Shown here in pieces: positions 9,934-22,547 of a DNA stretch of 64,000 nt. The stretch is from Saprospiraceae bacterium (GTDB lineage: Bacteria; Bacteroidota; Bacteroidia; Chitinophagales; Saprospiraceae), in the NCBI GenBank assembly GCA_965215115.1, contig OZ244050.1:2062323-2126322 (forward strand), in the 5' to 3' direction. Numbering within the stretch: the stretch's first letter is position 1; the number at the start of each line of letters is the position of its first letter. Under the pieces are notes generated by a model. It saw only the letters and a program-made list of their open reading frames with translations, had not been told where the DNA came from and made no database searches. A program made the position numbers and the translations under genes.

Positions 9934-11238
9934 ATGCATCGTCCCCAAGTCGTCGTCATCACCGGAGCGAGCGCAGGCATCGGCCGCGCCACCGCCCACG
10001 AGTTCGCCAAGCAGGGCGCCAAGATCGGACTCCTCGCCCGCAACATCGACGGTCTCGAAGGGGCCAAACGCCAGGTCGAGGCCCTCGGCGGCGAGGCCAT
10101 CTGCTGCGTGTGCGACGTCACCGACCCCGCCCAGATCACGCTCGCCGCCGAGATGGTCGAGGAGGCCTTCGGCCCGATCGAGGTCTGGGTCAACAATGCC
10201 ATGGTGAGCTTCCTGGCGCCCCTCAAGGAGGTGAGCCCGGAGGAGTTCCGCCGCGTGACGGACGTGACCTACCACGGCGTGGTCTACGGGACGATGGAAG
10301 CCCTGCGGCGGATGCGCCCGCGCAACACCGGGTCGATCGTACTCGTCGGCTCGGCGCTCGCCTACCGCGGCATCCCCCTGCAGACGGCCTACTGCGGGGC
10401 GAAGCACGCGATCCAGGGTTTCTTCGACTCTTTGCGCGCGGAGCTGATCCACGAAGGCTCGGACATTAAGCTCTCGATGGTGCAGCTGCCGGGCGTCAAC
10501 ACGACGCAGTTCAAGCTGACGCGCAACAAGATGCCCAACAAGCCCAGGCCAATGGGTAAGGTCTACGAGCCCGAGGTCGCGGCCCGCGGCATCTACTACG
10601 CCGCGACCCACGACGAGCGCGAGGTCTTCGTCGGGTGGCCCACCTTCCAGACCATCTGGGGCAACAAGCTCTTCCCGGGCCTCGGCGACCTGGTGCTCGG
10701 CAAGACCGGCGTCAGCGGTCAGCTCACCGAGGAGCCCGCCGACCCGAACGCGAGCGACTACCTGTTCACGGCCGTCCCCGGCGACCACGGTTACAAAGGT
10801 GGTTTCGGCGGCCAGGCCACGGACGCGAGCCCGGCGCTGTGGCTGACGATGAACAAGTGGTTCGGCGCCGCACTCGTGGGCGGGATCGCGGCGGCCGGTA
10901 CGGCCCTGCTGCTGAAGGGCCTGGGCGTCGGTAGCGACGGCGACGGCGATCGTTACGACGAGGACTACGTGGACGATCGGGCCGTGGGCGAGGACGTCTT
11001 CGCGTCCGGGCACGACGCCCGCCCGGGCGAGCCGCGTTACGTCGACCACACGGCCTATCCCGAGGGAGAGAGCCGGGACCTGCGCTACCCCGATCGTGAC
11101 CTGAGCGGCATCCACGGCGGGGCACCGCGGGGGTTTGCGTACAGCGACGAGGAGGAGGGCGACGTGACCTACCCCGGGCAAGTCGGTTTGGGGGCAGCCC
11201 GTGGTCGCGACCGGGTGGTGTTGGACGGGGTGGATTAA
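9934..11238 (+). CDS. Short-chain dehydrogenase/reductase with a TM plus acidic C-terminal extension
   Basis: 434 aa with TGASAGIG Rossmann motif, NNAM and YCGAKHA catalytic motifs. The C-terminal ~150 aa are not SDR-like. Confidence 0.85.
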   Translation: MHRPQVVVITGASAGIGRATAHEFAKQGAKIGLLARNIDGLEGAKRQVEALGGEAICCVCDVTDPAQITLAAEMVEEAFGPIEVWVNNAMVSFLAPLKEVSPEEFRRVTDVTYHGVVYGTMEALRRMRPRNTGSIVLVGSALAYRGIPLQTAYCGAKHAIQGFFDSLRAELIHEGSDIKLSMVQLPGVNTTQFKLTRNKMPNKPRPMGKVYEPEVAARGIYYAATHDEREVFVGWPTFQTIWGNKLFPGLGDLVLGKTGVSGQLTEEPADPNASDYLFTAVPGDHGYKGGFGGQATDASPALWLTMNKWFGAALVGGIAAAGTALLLKGLGVGSDGDGDRYDEDYVDDRAVGEDVFASGHDARPGEPRYVDHTAYPEGESRDLRYPDRDLSGIHGGAPRGFAYSDEEEGDVTYPGQVGLGAARGRDRVVLDGVD

Positions 11239-11323
11239 CCCAGGCCGTTTGCCCGTACGCGACCGTGTGAGGGGTGCGTTTTGCCGACAGGCGACTACCT
11301 TTCGGTTTGTCTAACCGAAGCAC

Positions 11324-14300
11324 ATGATCTTACCCCCGGGCGGTCCGTCGCGATCCCTAGCGCTTTTGTGCAGCCTCTTCCTCGTGTGTGGCCACGGCTA
11401 CGCCCAGGAGGAGTCCACGCTCCTGCGTTACGACAGCGCCGGACTCTCGCGCATCCTGCGGGACCTCGCCCGCGAGCACGACGCCCGCCTCGTCTACAGC
11501 GAGGACGATCTCGCGCGGGTCCTCACCCTCCCCTTGCGCGGACTGCCGGGGCTCAACCTCCGCCAGGCCCTCGACTACCTCGGGCAGCGCACCACCCTCC
11601 GGATCGTACGCCTCCAGGTTTCGGCGGTGGCGCTCTACCACGACGAGGCCCTCGTGGGCCAGCTCCGCGCGTCGGGGGTAGCGCAGGTGACCGACGTCGA
11701 GCGCCAGGCCGAGACCTTCATCGGGACCGAGTACGAAGCCAAGCCCACCGACGAACTCGTCATCGAGGATGAGCCCCTCTTCCGGGCCTTCGACCAGATC
11801 GGGCAGCGCTACAACGTCACGGTGCTGTACCACCCAGATGACATCCCGCTCTACCGCGGGAGCGTCCGGCAGGCCCCCAACCCGGCCGACGCCTTGCGCC
11901 TCGCCATCGGGGGCACCAACCTGCGCTACGTGGGGCAGGGCCGCGATACTTTCGTGGTGGCGCCCGTCGGCAAACTCACGCGCGCGTACGCCGCCGAGGT
12001 CATCGCCGCCTGGCGCGAGGGCCGGTTCCGCTCGCCCGATCGGGCCGTGGCGGAGGTGCTACGCTACCGCGTCGGGGAGGGTGAGTCGCTGCCGTCGGGG
12101 GCTTTCGCCAAAACCGAGGGTGCCGCCCCCGGGGAGGCCCTCGTGACGGGGTACGTCTTCGACGAGCGCTCCGACGAGGCCCTCGTCGGGGCGAGTGTCG
12201 TGCACCCCGCCTCCGGGACCGGCACCGTCGTCGAACTCTCCGGGGAGTTCGCGCTCTCGCTACCGCGGGGGCGGCAGCTCGTCGAGGTGCAGTCCGTGGG
12301 GTACGTCCCGCAGCCCGTCGAGATCGAGGTCCTCGGCGACGGGGCGCTCCCGGTGCTGCGGCTCCGCGAGGGCGCGGCCACGCTCGCGGAGGTGGTCGTG
12401 TCAGCGCGCAACGAGGCGGTGCGTATGCGGCAGGCCGCCGGGGGGCTCACGGCCATCTCCTCGCGTGAACTCAGGCTCCTGCCCGCGTTCACGGCCGAGC
12501 CCGACGTGTTGCTCGCGCTCACGCGAACCCCCGGGGTCGCGGCCACGTCCGAGGGCTCGGTCGGGCTCTCGGTGCGGGGCGGGGGGCTCGACGCCAACCT
12601 CGTGCGCCAGGGCGGGATCCCGGTGCTGTACCCGGCGCACGCCCTCGGGTTCTTCCCGGCCTTCCACGGCGACCTCGTCGCGGGCGTTGAGCTCTACCGC
12701 GGCTACGTCCCGGCCGGGATCGGGGGGCGGTCCTCGAGCGCGATCGAGGTCGAGTGGCGCACGGGCGACTTCGAGGAGTGGCACCTCAGCGGCGCGACCG
12801 GACCGCTATCCAGTCGCCTCGCCGTCGGGGGGCCGATCGTCCCGGACAAGGTCAGCGTGATCGCCGGGGCGCGCCGCAGCCACCTTAACTGGTTGCTGCG
12901 CCGCCTCAACCAAGGGGACCTCCGGCGCTCGGTGGTGAGTTTCGGTGACGCGGGCATCGGCGTCGCGGCGCGGTGGGGGGCCTCCCGCCTCGACGTGCGC
13001 GCCTTCACGGCCACCGACGAGTTTCGCTACGGGCAGCGCTTCGGGTTCGCGTACCGCAACACGGGCGCCCGGGCCGAACTGCGGCAGCGCCTCAGTGCCG
13101 CCACGACCCTCAGTGCCGCAACTACCGTGAGCACCTTCGACGCCGAGCGCACCACGATTGCCGCCTCCCCGGACGCTTCGACGTTCACCTCGGGGCTCAC
13201 CTACCTCCAGGCCGAGATCGGACTGGCGCGCGTGACTTCCGCGGGCGTGCGAACCGCCGCGGGCGTCGGCGTGGAAGACTACCGCAGCGCCGGGCGTCGG
13301 CAACGCCCGCGCGACAGGGGTATGACGCGACCGTTCGACTTCGAGGACCCAAACCTCCGCGCCGGGTACGCCTTCGCGGAGGCCACGTACGAGATCTCGG
13401 AAACGTGGCTCGCGGAGGGTGGCCTGCGTCTCCTCGTCGCACAAACCGTGACGCCCCCCGGGCGGAGGTCCGAGTACGGCTCGGGCGTCCCGGGCGAGGG
13501 CAACGTGATCGGCGTCGACTCCTCCGCGAGTACCTCCACCTTCGCGCAGCCCGCCGTGCTCCAGCCCCGCGCCCAGCTCACCTACAGCCCGCCCGACCGG
13601 GACTTCAAGGTCGGCCTGGCCTACAGTCGCCTCGCGCAGCCGGTCCACCAGCTCAGCCCAACGGTATCCCCGACCCCGGCCGACATCTTCTTCGTCTCCT
13701 CGGAGTACCTCCCGATCACGACCTCGGGCATCGTGAGCCTCACGGTCGCCAGTCGGGAGATCCGGCGGTCGCTGTCGCGCTGGGGCTACGAGGCCTCGGT
13801 GTACTACCGCCGGATCCGCCGCTCGCACATGGCGCTCTCCGGGGAGCTCCTGCGCGCCTCGGCGACCCCGGAGCAGTCGTACTACACGGCCGACGGATTC
13901 GCCGCCGGGGTCGAGGGCGCGCTGCGCTACCGGGGCATCAAGCACCGCGTCGAACTCGGGTACGCCTACGGGCGCAGCCTGCTCGAGGTCGACCGCCGCT
14001 ACCGGGTCGTCCGCCTCAACGAGGGGCGCTACCTGCCGTCCAACACCGACCTCCCCCACCAGGCCAACGTCACCTACTCCTACCGGCCCACGGGGCGGTT
14101 CACGTTCTCCACGGCCTTCACGCTCACGAGCGGCCGACCCTTCACCGCGGCGACGGCGTTCCTGCCGCAGAACGGTGGCCTGGTGCCCCTGCCCACGAGC
14201 GTCAACGGCGCCAGGCTCCCCGTCACCCACCGCCTCGACCTCGGCGTCGACGTCGACAACTCCACCGCGCGCAGCCGCGGCCTCCGCGTCGGGTACTCCT

Positions 14301-14440
14301 TCTCGATCTACAATCTCTACCAGCGCGAGAATGCCTTCGCGGCCTTCTACGACCGACGCGGCGGGCGTCTGCAAGCCTACCAATTCTCGCTCGTCGGTCG
14401 GCCCGTGGCCTCCCTCAACCTCACTTTCCAATGGGACTAA
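11324..14440 (+). CDS. TonB-dependent outer-membrane receptor with STN-like and CarboxypepD_reg domains
   Basis: 1038 aa with a signal peptide, an STN-like N-terminal region, a carboxypeptidase-regulatory-like fold (VTGYVFDERSDEALVGASV...), plug and beta-barrel. Confidence 0.8.
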   Translation: MILPPGGPSRSLALLCSLFLVCGHGYAQEESTLLRYDSAGLSRILRDLAREHDARLVYSEDDLARVLTLPLRGLPGLNLRQALDYLGQRTTLRIVRLQVSAVALYHDEALVGQLRASGVAQVTDVERQAETFIGTEYEAKPTDELVIEDEPLFRAFDQIGQRYNVTVLYHPDDIPLYRGSVRQAPNPADALRLAIGGTNLRYVGQGRDTFVVAPVGKLTRAYAAEVIAAWREGRFRSPDRAVAEVLRYRVGEGESLPSGAFAKTEGAAPGEALVTGYVFDERSDEALVGASVVHPASGTGTVVELSGEFALSLPRGRQLVEVQSVGYVPQPVEIEVLGDGALPVLRLREGAATLAEVVVSARNEAVRMRQAAGGLTAISSRELRLLPAFTAEPDVLLALTRTPGVAATSEGSVGLSVRGGGLDANLVRQGGIPVLYPAHALGFFPAFHGDLVAGVELYRGYVPAGIGGRSSSAIEVEWRTGDFEEWHLSGATGPLSSRLAVGGPIVPDKVSVIAGARRSHLNWLLRRLNQGDLRRSVVSFGDAGIGVAARWGASRLDVRAFTATDEFRYGQRFGFAYRNTGARAELRQRLSAATTLSAATTVSTFDAERTTIAASPDASTFTSGLTYLQAEIGLARVTSAGVRTAAGVGVEDYRSAGRRQRPRDRGMTRPFDFEDPNLRAGYAFAEATYEISETWLAEGGLRLLVAQTVTPPGRRSEYGSGVPGEGNVIGVDSSASTSTFAQPAVLQPRAQLTYSPPDRDFKVGLAYSRLAQPVHQLSPTVSPTPADIFFVSSEYLPITTSGIVSLTVASREIRRSLSRWGYEASVYYRRIRRSHMALSGELLRASATPEQSYYTADGFAAGVEGALRYRGIKHRVELGYAYGRSLLEVDRRYRVVRLNEGRYLPSNTDLPHQANVTYSYRPTGRFTFSTAFTLTSGRPFTAATAFLPQNGGLVPLPTSVNGARLPVTHRLDLGVDVDNSTARSRGLRVGYSFSIYNLYQRENAFAAFYDRRGGRLQAYQFSLVGRPVASLNLTFQWD

Positions 14441-15492
14441 CCTCACGCACGAGCCCCGCCCGCACGCGCCTGGCCGTACTGCTACTCACCGTCGCGTCGG
14501 CCGTGGGCTGCGTCAAGGAGCTCGAGCTCCCGACGGCGACGCAGTCGACCACCTTCGTCGACGGCGCCGTCCTCGTCGGGAGCCCCATCCAGGAGCTGCG
14601 CTTCGGGTTCACCGTCGGCCTCGCCGAGGAGGCCCGCCCGATCAGAGGTGCCGAGATCACGGTCGTCAACCTCGCCACCGGCGATCGCCACCGTTACTCC
14701 AACATCGGTGGGGTCGACTACGAAGCCAATTACACGCCTCGCCACGGGGACGCCTACCAGCTCGAGATCCGCCTGCCGGATGTCGCGGGGCCCTACCGCA
14801 GTCGTGCGGACTCCCTGCCGTACGTGCCGTTTAGCCTCTCGGCCGAACTCGCGCTCAAATCCCGCCTCAACCGCGATGGCGTGGCCGTGCCGCAGGGGTC
14901 GATCACGGCCAGGACCACCGTCCGACAGGAGGGCAGCGCGCCGCTCGCCGGCGCCCTCACCGTGCGGCAATCCTTCGTCTGGGCCTACGCCGACCGCATT
15001 TGCACGTTCTTAGACCTCAGCCGCCTGTGTTACTTCGTGGACGACAACGAGGATGCGCCCCCGAGCCTGATCGACCTGTCCACCGTCGGGGGCTCGGGCG
15101 CGGCTACGTTCGACGTCGGTAGCGAGGCAATCGACTACCGCATGGCGGAGCAGGCGTACTTCGTGCTCCGGAGCCGACGCTACAGCGCGGCCGCGGCGCC
15201 GTTCTTGACGACGTATCAAATCGCGCAAGCGCCCTCCGGGACGCCCTTCGACGAGCGGCTCCTGCCGGGGATCGGGAATATCGAGGGCCCGCCGGAGGCC
15301 CCCGGGGTCCTCGGGTTCTTCGGTGTCGCCGAGGCCCAGCTCACGGTGCTGCCCGTGCGGGCGGTCGCGGGCAGCGTCCTCGGATTCATCACGCCCCTCT
15401 GTAGCCTGGATAACGCGGCCGGTCGATTCGACTGCTGCGAGTGCGCGAACACCGAGGGCGCCCTCGTGCGGAGGCCCTCTTACCTACCTTAG
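14431..15492 (+). CDS. DUF4249-type lipoprotein (TonB-receptor partner)
   Basis: ATG at 14431 overlaps the receptor stop. Lipobox-like LLLTVASAVGC. Position directly after the receptor is typical of DUF4249. The six-frame ORF 12973..15492 upstream of this ATG is a shadow frame. Confidence 0.6.
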   Translation: MGLTSRTSPARTRLAVLLLTVASAVGCVKELELPTATQSTTFVDGAVLVGSPIQELRFGFTVGLAEEARPIRGAEITVVNLATGDRHRYSNIGGVDYEANYTPRHGDAYQLEIRLPDVAGPYRSRADSLPYVPFSLSAELALKSRLNRDGVAVPQGSITARTTVRQEGSAPLAGALTVRQSFVWAYADRICTFLDLSRLCYFVDDNEDAPPSLIDLSTVGGSGAATFDVGSEAIDYRMAEQAYFVLRSRRYSAAAAPFLTTYQIAQAPSGTPFDERLLPGIGNIEGPPEAPGVLGFFGVAEAQLTVLPVRAVAGSVLGFITPLCSLDNAAGRFDCCECANTEGALVRRPSYLP

Positions 15493-15756
15493 GGCAGTCC
15501 TCGCGGTAGTAGAGGTGACGGTCGCGCCTACCGTGTGGGGCCCTGGGATTCGTAGGAAAGATGAAATCCGGACCGATTGGTTGAGCTGTCCGTTTCGCTG
15601 TCTCGAGTTCATGGGGACCGTGCTAAGGACCGCCACTCCGTCAGTTTTGGCGACAGCCGCGTGACAAACTTGCAGTAATGGTTTTGCGGAAACGCCATTC
15701 CGTCCCCTCCCAACCCAAGGCACGCGGATTGATGTTAAGGCAGCAAAGCACTATTT

Positions 15757-18475
<2,719 letters not shown>

Positions 18476-18804
18476 GGGGGGGGGGCGGCTTTCGCCAAAA
18501 CGGATGATCGCGCCGTTGGACTGCTTACAGGAGGGGCCCCTACCCATCTTACGCTGGGCAGCGGCGCTTTACCAAACGGGCGTGTAGCCGCGCTGCCCGG
18601 ACGTGGTGGAACGCAACTTCTAGCCTCGCGGCCCTCCACCCCAATGGGACAGGTGCCCTGTCGGCGAGCGAATCGGACGCGCTCTATGCCTTGAGGCTGA
18701 TGTGCCGGGTCGCCCGCGAGCACCGGGCGGGACCCGGCGAGCTAGGCATGCGCTTGAGTTCCTCCTGCTAGCTCCTCTTTGCTACTTGCGATAGAGCTGC
18801 CACC

Positions 18805-21246
18805 TCACTGCACCCGCCCCCGCTCCTCCGCCGCGCTGTCGCGCGAGACACTCTTCACTCTCTTGTTGCCGAACGGCGCGCTGTACGTCACTTTCAACGT
18901 CGGACGAGAGAAATCGAAGCCGAAATCCGCCACGAAATCCTGCGCCGGGATCACCGTGCGGCTGCGCGCCCTAAGGGTGTTGAGGGCATCGTCCACGCCG
19001 ACCGTGAAGCTCGCGCCACTCGCGAGCTTCTTCTGGAGCGCCACGTTGAGACTCCCGATCGCGAGCGTGCGCACGTAGCCGTTCACGTTCGGACCCGAGA
19101 AAAAGCCCGAAACTCCGAGCGACCAGTTTTGCGGAAGCGCAAAATTTTGACCACCCGCGATACGGACGTTGGCAAGGCTTCGCGTGAGGAGCGCGCCCTC
19201 GACGTAGGCCGTGTTTTCGGTGTACGTGAGGGTGGCGTTGAGGCGCCCGCTCCACCAGGGGGCTAGCTTGGTCGGCGTGCCCACGGTGGCCGACCAAACG
19301 CGCTGTCCACTGAGGTTGAGCGGCTGCGTGACCTGCGCTTGTAGCCTGGTATTGTACACGGGTTGAAAGCCTGCGATCGCAGAGTCGACGCTCGTGTAGC
19401 CTAAGCCGAGGCTGAGTCCGCCGCGCGTGATGGCCGCCTCGAAGGCGTTCGCGATCCCGGGTTGCAGACCTGGATTCCCGCCGAAGTTGGTGCGCGGGTC
19501 GAGGAAGACCACGAAGGGCGCCAATTGCGTAAAGGCCGGTCGGTTGATGCGCCGCGCGTAACCCGCCGTAAGCTTGATGCGCTCGGTGAGGTTATAGCCA
19601 ATGCTCGCGTTGGGGAAGAGCAGTCCATAGTTGCGATCCACGAGCCTGCCGGCGGCGGCCTCGTCGAGTTCGGTGTCGGTGAGTTCGTAGCGGAGGCCGA
19701 GTTGGTACTCGAGTAGCTTCTTGTCCGCGCCGAGATTGGCGGTGGAGGCGTACTGCGCGTAGGCCGCCGCGATCGACTCGTCGAGCGTGCTTGCCGAACT
19801 GAAGCCCGAATCACGTTGGCCGTCGCGAAGTAGCGTCACGTCGTTCTGAAAGTCGGAAACGACCGCCTTGGCGCCGAGCGAGAGCGTACCCGAAGCTAGG
19901 GACTGGCGGTAGTCGGCTTTCGCGACGAAGATGTTGAAGGGCGATGTTTTGTCGCTCGCCAGACGCGCATCCCGCAGGCTGCCTGCGTCGCCGAGGTCGC
20001 GATAGTCGAGCGCGTAACTGATCGGGTTCTCGTTGTCGTAAACGAGGTAATCCAAGCTAAGGTCGAGCTTGGCCGCGGTGGTGAGTTTTTGCGAAAGCAG
20101 CACGCCCACTTGCCCGTGCCGCCAGTCGTTGTCCTCCCGCACGTCCGTGATCAGCAAGGTATCAGCCGTGGCGGCGAGTCCGAAGCGGTTGCGTTGCTGG
20201 CCGCCCATGTCGTAGAGGTCTGCGTAGCCGCTGGCGAGCAAGCCGAGCGTCGTCCCCTCGGAGAGCGTGAAATCGGCCCCGAGGCGCGCGTTGACCACAT
20301 TGCGAAGGGGATTGCGGCGGAAGGCTAGGTCGGTAGTCTGTGGCCGCTCGCCGCCGACGGTGCGCCGCAGGTAACTCTGCTCGGGCGTAGCGTTGCGCAC
20401 GTAGCTCACGTTGCCGAACACACTCGCCCTGCCCCTTCGGTACGTCCCACTCACCGAGCTCTGCACGATCTCTCGCAACTGCGCGCCCGGAAAGCTCGCC
20501 TCCGCGTAGGAGCCCCCGCCGGTCAGGGTGTAATTGCCGTTAAGCCCCTCGTCTGGCAGCCGCCTGAGCACGATGTCGACGTAGCCCGCGTTGCCGTCCG
20601 CGTCGAGGTCGGCCGGGGGCGTGGTGATGAGTTCGAGGCGCACGATGTCGCTCGCGGGGATGCCGGCGAGGTAGCTCACCAGCGCGTCGGCGGGCATGTA
20701 GTTGAGGCGACCGTTGATCATCACGCGGACGCCGTCCTTGCCGAGCATGTTGATGTTGCCCGAACTGCGGTCGACGATGATCCCCGGCGAGCGCTCGAGC
20801 ACCTCGAGGGCGGTCTGCCCGATGGCCGTCGGCTGGTTGGCCACGTTGACGATGGTGCGGTCGATGCGGCGCTCGAAGAGAGGCTTTTCGGCCGTAACAG
20901 TGACGGCCGTGAGTTGGGCGGCGCCCGTGCCGAGGGTCAATGGACCCACGTCGGTGTCTTCGGCGAGATCCATTTCGGGACCGAGTAAGTCGCCGTAACC
21001 GATCGACGTGACGCGGAGCCGGTAGCGGCCTGGTGCGGGGCTCTCGATCTGGAAGCGGCCGCCCGCATCCGTGACGGCTCCGCCGATGAAACTGGTGTCG
21101 GCGGCGGCCAGGAGCACGACGTTGGCGTAAGCCACGGGTGCGTCGGCCCCGTCGACGACGGTGCCGGAGACGGTGATTTGGGCGAGTAGCGAGGTGGGGG
21201 CTTTCGCCAAAACAAGGAGCACTATCAATAACAGAAAGGTGCGCAT
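18805..21246 (-). CDS. TonB-dependent receptor / outer-membrane beta-barrel protein with CarboxypepD_reg domain
   Basis: 813 aa with a signal peptide, carboxypeptidase-regulatory-like N-domain (ITVSGTVVDGADAPVAYANVVLL), plug (IVDRSSGNINMLG) and an aromatic C-terminus. Confidence 0.8.
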   Translation of the reverse strand: MRTFLLLIVLLVLAKAPTSLLAQITVSGTVVDGADAPVAYANVVLLAAADTSFIGGAVTDAGGRFQIESPAPGRYRLRVTSIGYGDLLGPEMDLAEDTDVGPLTLGTGAAQLTAVTVTAEKPLFERRIDRTIVNVANQPTAIGQTALEVLERSPGIIVDRSSGNINMLGKDGVRVMINGRLNYMPADALVSYLAGIPASDIVRLELITTPPADLDADGNAGYVDIVLRRLPDEGLNGNYTLTGGGSYAEASFPGAQLREIVQSSVSGTYRRGRASVFGNVSYVRNATPEQSYLRRTVGGERPQTTDLAFRRNPLRNVVNARLGADFTLSEGTTLGLLASGYADLYDMGGQQRNRFGLAATADTLLITDVREDNDWRHGQVGVLLSQKLTTAAKLDLSLDYLVYDNENPISYALDYRDLGDAGSLRDARLASDKTSPFNIFVAKADYRQSLASGTLSLGAKAVVSDFQNDVTLLRDGQRDSGFSSASTLDESIAAAYAQYASTANLGADKKLLEYQLGLRYELTDTELDEAAAGRLVDRNYGLLFPNASIGYNLTERIKLTAGYARRINRPAFTQLAPFVVFLDPRTNFGGNPGLQPGIANAFEAAITRGGLSLGLGYTSVDSAIAGFQPVYNTRLQAQVTQPLNLSGQRVWSATVGTPTKLAPWWSGRLNATLTYTENTAYVEGALLTRSLANVRIAGGQNFALPQNWSLGVSGFFSGPNVNGYVRTLAIGSLNVALQKKLASGASFTVGVDDALNTLRARSRTVIPAQDFVADFGFDFSRPTLKVTYSAPFGNKRVKSVSRDSAAEERGRVQ

Positions 21247-21294
21247 GAGACGTGATTAAGCGTGAGGAAAGAGGTTGTGAAGCGTCCTGGCTCG

Positions 21295-22416
21295 CTACCG
21301 CACCCCCGTCACCTCCCGCACCCGCATCTTCAGCCCCCACCCAAAAAAATCATTGCTCAGCGCTACCGCCACTTCATTATCCCCGGCCTCGAGTGGGAGA
21401 CGGAACTGCGCGTTGTCAATGCTCAAGCGCCCCTTCGGGTACCGCATCTGCGGCGTACCGTAGCGGTTTTCGTCGGCGAACAGCAACCGGCCGTTGACGT
21501 ACACCGCCGCGGCGTCGGAAAATCCAAAGTCAACCGCCACCTCCCGAGCCACGTCGCTGTTTAGGGTCGTCTTCAACCAACAGAGCCTGCGCTCGCCGGA
21601 GGGCGTTTTGCCGAAAGGCCGACTCAGGTTGACGAGGTCCAGATGCTCGGCGTCTACCGTTCGCCAGGTCGTCGTGTCGCGCGGCACCTCCAGGCGCGTC
21701 AGCGAGCGGTCGAAGGGAATGGCCTCGGGCGGGCTCACGCGCCAACGGTTCAGATACCGACCGTCGCGGCCCCCGGCGAAGTAGCCGACCTCACCCGCGA
21801 GCTCCGGGGTGCCCGGATCGAACCGCACGTTCGCGTAGTAACCACGACCACTAAATCCGATGCGCCCCTCCCGAATACCGCCGTCGAGTTGCGGCACGTA
21901 CAGCGCCGGCGCGGTCATGTCGTTGACGTAGACCAGGAGTTGCTGGCCGAGCACCACGAGCTTGACGTGGTTCCAGTCGTCGCCCTTGATCTCGACGGCG
22001 GCCTGGTACTCCGGGCGCAGGTCCCAGTAGTTGACGCCCTTCACGATGGCCGCGTACTGGAGGGCCTCCGTGACGCGCGACTCCCCGGCGAAGAAGGTCC
22101 GCAGGTAAACGAGTTCCGAATTGTCTTTGTCGACGCGCCGGAAGTGGACCCCCGCGAAGCCGTCGGTCTCGGGGAGGTAGTCGTACTCTAGGGTCCCGTC
22201 CCGGAGGACGAAGTCCCGCTTGTCGACGGTATGATCTTCTAGCGCCTGATCGGCGGCACCGATGTGTAGGGTTTGGCGCCCCCGGTGCTCGACGAAGCGG
22301 ATGGGCAGATCATTGGCGTCCCAGGCCTCAGGCGTGAGCGGGAGCTGCTGGGTTTGGGCGGCGAGGGAGAGGGCGGCTTGCGCCAAAACTAAGGATAGGC
22401 AGAAACGCGAGGTCAT
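21295..22416 (-). CDS. Secreted hypothetical protein (LamG/DUF1080-like N-domain suspected)
   Basis: 373 aa with signal peptide MTSRFCLSLVLAQAALSLAAQ and beta-rich composition. Family assignment is tentative. Confidence 0.45.
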   Translation of the reverse strand: MTSRFCLSLVLAQAALSLAAQTQQLPLTPEAWDANDLPIRFVEHRGRQTLHIGAADQALEDHTVDKRDFVLRDGTLEYDYLPETDGFAGVHFRRVDKDNSELVYLRTFFAGESRVTEALQYAAIVKGVNYWDLRPEYQAAVEIKGDDWNHVKLVVLGQQLLVYVNDMTAPALYVPQLDGGIREGRIGFSGRGYYANVRFDPGTPELAGEVGYFAGGRDGRYLNRWRVSPPEAIPFDRSLTRLEVPRDTTTWRTVDAEHLDLVNLSRPFGKTPSGERRLCWLKTTLNSDVAREVAVDFGFSDAAAVYVNGRLLFADENRYGTPQMRYPKGRLSIDNAQFRLPLEAGDNEVAVALSNDFFGWGLKMRVREVTGVR

Positions 22417-22547
22417 AGGGTGGCTGGTTGTGCTTCCGCAAAACAGGTCCTACGGGCGCCACCGGGCCCAACCAAGCTGGCGACAAGGGCGTGCAAGTCG
22501 GTGCAAATCCGATAACCCGCTGTTGCTTAGCGAATTATCCGACCGTT